Source: Synechocystis sp. PCC 6803 substr. PCC-P
Lineage (GTDB): Bacteria; Cyanobacteriota; Cyanobacteriia; Cyanobacteriales; Microcystaceae
DNA length: 32,000 bases
Direction: 5' to 3'
NCBI RefSeq assembly: GCF_000284455.1
Contig: NC_017039.1
Location: 570,001 to 602,000 of the forward strand
The translations under genes and the position numbers were made by a program. The stretch's first letter is position 1. Each line of letters opens with the position of its first letter. Below are positions 29,164-32,000 of the stretch, in pieces. The notes beneath the pieces were generated by a model, which worked only from the letters and a program-made list of their open reading frames with translations, was not told the DNA's origin and made no database searches.

Positions 29164-30015
29164 GTGAAAATTTCCGAACAGACCCTTGAGGTGGGACAGT
29201 TCCACTGGTTTTACCGCCAGATTCAGCCGCCCCAGCCCACTAACAATCCCCCTGTTATGCTGCTCCATGGTTTACCGAGTCAGAGTTTATGTTGGACTGG
29301 GGTAATGCCTCTGTTAGCGGAAAAGGGGTTAACGGCGATCGCCCCGGATTGGTTGGGGTTTGGCTTTTCGGACATCTTGGATAAACGGGATTTTGCTTAT
29401 ACTACGGCGGCCTATGAACAGGCTTTGGGGGAATTTTTTCAGTCTTTAGAATTGGCAAAAATATTCTTAGTAGTGCAAGGATTTTTAGCCACAGCGGGCA
29501 TCGAATACGCCCTCAATCACCCAGACCAGATTGAACGTTTAGCTATCCTAAATACCCCCGTTGTGCCGCCGGTGTCGTTACCTTGGCCCATGCGCCAATG
29601 GACCATTCCTTTGGTGGGGGATATGGTCACCCAAGATCCGCTAATTATCGACCGCACCTTGGAAGGGGGCAGTGGTTTTGTCATCAGTGACGAAAAACTC
29701 GACATTTACCGTAAACCGTGGCTAAAAACTTCCGCCGCCGGTCGGGCTTTAATGGCTGTCACTAAGAATTTGCCCACCACTAATGCTCTGACAAAAATTG
29801 GCGATCGCCTACGCACAGAATGGCAAAAACCCACCTGCTTTATCTGGGGAACGGCGGATAAATGGTTATCGGTGGAACCCATTGAACAGTTAGTCCAGGG
29901 AGTTAATCATCTAGAATTAATCAAATTATCGGAAGCAAAACACTATCCCCAAGAACATTTTCCCCAGGAAGTCGGGACAGCCCTACAGACCTTTTTCCGT
30001 AAACAAATTGCTTAA
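29164..30015 (+). CDS. Alpha/beta hydrolase (haloalkane dehalogenase-like)
   Basis: [110 protein letters not shown]. Confidence 0.88.
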   Translation: MKISEQTLEVGQFHWFYRQIQPPQPTNNPPVMLLHGLPSQSLCWTGVMPLLAEKGLTAIAPDWLGFGFSDILDKRDFAYTTAAYEQALGEFFQSLELAKIFLVVQGFLATAGIEYALNHPDQIERLAILNTPVVPPVSLPWPMRQWTIPLVGDMVTQDPLIIDRTLEGGSGFVISDEKLDIYRKPWLKTSAAGRALMAVTKNLPTTNALTKIGDRLRTEWQKPTCFIWGTADKWLSVEPIEQLVQGVNHLELIKLSEAKHYPQEHFPQEVGTALQTFFRKQIA

Positions 30016-30935
30016 AAATCAAAGAACTTTTGCCGGGGGTTAAAGGTTTCCTTTTCCCGAATTCTACGGTAAAGCTCCAATTCCTCTGGGCTGGGTTCCG
30101 GGGGAATTTCCACCCGAATTTCCACTAACTGGTCTCCCCGATCGCCTTGGTTGTTGGGAAAGCCCTTTTTGGCCAAACGTAGTTTTTGACCATTTTTTAA
30201 ACCCGCTGGCACAGTCATTTTCACCAGGCCGTCAATGGTCATCACCTCAATAGCGCCCCCCAAAATGGCTTCACTGGGAGTTACGGGCACCTGGCAAGCA
30301 ATGTCCGTCCCCTGGAGAGTAAATAACGGGTGGGGAGAAAGGTTGATTTTTAGATATAGATCGCCCCCATTAATGCCCTGTTGCTTGAGGCGAATCCGTT
30401 GCCCATCCCCCATGCCCCCAGGCATTTCCACCTCCAAAGAACGGCCATCTTCCAAACGAATTCTTTCCTTGCCTCCCCGGTAGGCTTTTTCCAACGGCAG
30501 GGTCAAATTGGCTTCCACATCCCTGGGCACAGGGCGGGCGGGGGACACCACTTTCGTGCGTCTAGTTTCACTAAAATCTTGCCATGACTGCGCCGGCTGA
30601 CGGGTTCCAGTGCGCCCAGTGGGGGTACGAACTTGGCCATTGACACTTGTTCCGTTAGGCGATCGCCCACCGTTACTATTGGGGCTAAAACGACTGGTGG
30701 GGGGACGGCGGAATCGGCCAAATAAACGACTATCTAATTCCCGGCGCTTGGTTTCATCGGAAAGGACATCGTAGGCTTCGTTAATATCTTTAAATTTCTC
30801 TTCCGCTGTTTTATCGTTGGGGTTAACATCAGGATGATACTGACGAGCTAGCTTCCGAAAAGACTTTTTAATCTCTTCAGCAGTGGCATTGCGGGGAACT
30901 CCCAAAATTTGATAATAATTCCGCACTTGTTCCAT
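30012..30935 (-). CDS. dnaJ: DnaJ-type co-chaperone (type II-like, no Zn-finger)
   Basis: [35 protein letters not shown]-domain with HPD; C-terminal [44 protein letters not shown]. Confidence 0.94.
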   Translation of the reverse strand: MEQVRNYYQILGVPRNATAEEIKKSFRKLARQYHPDVNPNDKTAEEKFKDINEAYDVLSDETKRRELDSRLFGRFRRPPTSRFSPNSNGGRSPNGTSVNGQVRTPTGRTGTRQPAQSWQDFSETRRTKVVSPARPVPRDVEANLTLPLEKAYRGGKERIRLEDGRSLEVEMPGGMGDGQRIRLKQQGINGGDLYLKINLSPHPLFTLQGTDIACQVPVTPSEAILGGAIEVMTIDGLVKMTVPAGLKNGQKLRLAKKGFPNNQGDRGDQLVEIRVEIPPEPSPEELELYRRIREKETFNPRQKFFDF

Positions 30936-31043
30936 AGGGTTGCCAGAAAATACTCGCTCAATCCACTCAAACTAACTCAGGTCGAGGTTACAGGGGTAAA
31001 TCATCAACGGTTTTTACCGTCTTTGGTCAACGAACTTTTGACA

Positions 31044-32000
31044 TTAGAACCAATCATCATCGTCATCATCCCAACCGTTTTGTAATGGGGCATTGCGACC
31101 GGGCTGGGCAGGCCGTTCCCCATAGCGGCCATTGCCTCCCCGACCAGAACGACTGGGGGCATTTTCCCGATAATCGTAATCCTTCTGGCGATCGCCTCTA
31201 GAGTAATCATCCTGGGGGCTAGAACGGCGATCGTCGTAGGTACCCCCTAAACTCTCTCCTTGGTAAGGTCGTTGTCTGGTGACCCTGGACTGGTCCCAAT
31301 CAGCATAGGCGGTGGAACGGTAATCTTTGCTCAAGGAAGGGCCCCGGCCAGCGCCAGCCCTGGGCATGGGTGCCTCTCGACGGGAAGGGGCGTTGTAGTT
31401 GTAATCGTCATAGCGACCGTAGTCATTACCTCCCCGATAATCATCCCTGGGAGCAGGGCGACGGTTGTAGTAATCATCATCGTCATCGAAATCGCCAGTG
31501 AAGGTTTTCTTAATCGCTTCGAAAAAGCCTTCTTCCTTGTCGTCATACTGCAGACGCACTTCCCGATTTAACTCGTACAACACATCCTGCAAATCTGCCT
31601 GGGCCCGGTCTAACCGACGCTCATCATCTTTTTCCAGACTGTCTAAAATTTCACTGCACAACGCATCCACTTGACGACGGTAGGACACGGTGAACGCACT
31701 GCCGAAATCCAGGGTAACTTCCTTGAGCCGCCGCTGAGCCTGATCCGTTAATGCCTTAGCACTGTTGCGTTTTTCAATGCGTTCCCGCCGTTCCCGGTCC
31801 TGGGCGGCAAAGGTTTCTGCTTCTTGGATCATGCGATTGACTTCCCCTTCACTGAGGATGGAAGCCCCTTGGACTGTAATGCTTTGCTCCCGGCCGGTGG
31901 TTTTGTCCCTCGCTGTCACCTGCAAAATACCGTTAGCGTCAATGTCGAAGGAAACCTGCACCTGGGGCACTCCCCTGGGAGCCGGCGGAATACCGCTCAG
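31044..32000 (-). CDS. dnaK3: Molecular chaperone DnaK (DnaK3-type), 5' end outside window
   Basis: FDIDANGILQVTARDKTTGREQSITVQGASILSEGEVNRMIQEAE, then a long charged Asp/Arg/Gly/Tyr tail ending DDDDDWF*. Frame continues past 31970 to the window edge. Confidence 0.93.
   Translation of the reverse strand: MSGIPPAPRGVPQVQVSFDIDANGILQVTARDKTTGREQSITVQGASILSEGEVNRMIQEAETFAAQDRERRERIEKRNSAKALTDQAQRRLKEVTLDFGSAFTVSYRRQVDALCSEILDSLEKDDERRLDRAQADLQDVLYELNREVRLQYDDKEEGFFEAIKKTFTGDFDDDDDYYNRRPAPRDDYRGGNDYGRYDDYNYNAPSRREAPMPRAGAGRGPSLSKDYRSTAYADWDQSRVTRQRPYQGESLGGTYDDRRSSPQDDYSRGDRQKDYDYRENAPSRSGRGGNGRYGERPAQPGRNAPLQNGWDDDDDDWF

Overview
I read this window as cyanobacterial chromosome. Gene content and order match what I remember of Synechocystis sp. 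PCC 6803 (slr2034-slr2053 / sll1932-sll1942), but that is recall and was not searched. In order: the 3' part of ycf48; psbE-psbF-psbL-psbJ (the three tiny genes are missing from the ORF track) ending in a strong terminator; proB; a transposon graveyard with two transposase remnants, one intact IS4-type element, a hypothetical gene apparently cut by it, and a Uma2 nuclease-fold gene; a PilP-like protein; a type II topoisomerase A subunit; a response regulator; an MtfA-like peptidase; small secreted or hypothetical genes; a second Uma2; zur divergent from znuA-znuC-znuB with a Zur-like palindrome between them; a MITE-like inverted repeat; a 1965-aa surface/secreted-type repeat protein with ten exact 306-bp periods, preceded by a decayed copy of its own N-terminus; phoH; pratA; a CpcS-type bilin lyase; cpcG (TTG start); a secreted hypothetical; an alpha/beta hydrolase; and dnaJ plus the 3' part of dnaK3. 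I found no CRISPR, no obvious defence island and no convincing new multi-gene system. The best leads are the expanding repeat array with its truncated upstream paralogue, an orphan promoter/terminator unit between phoH and pratA (possible sRNA), and the gene fragmented by the IS4 element.
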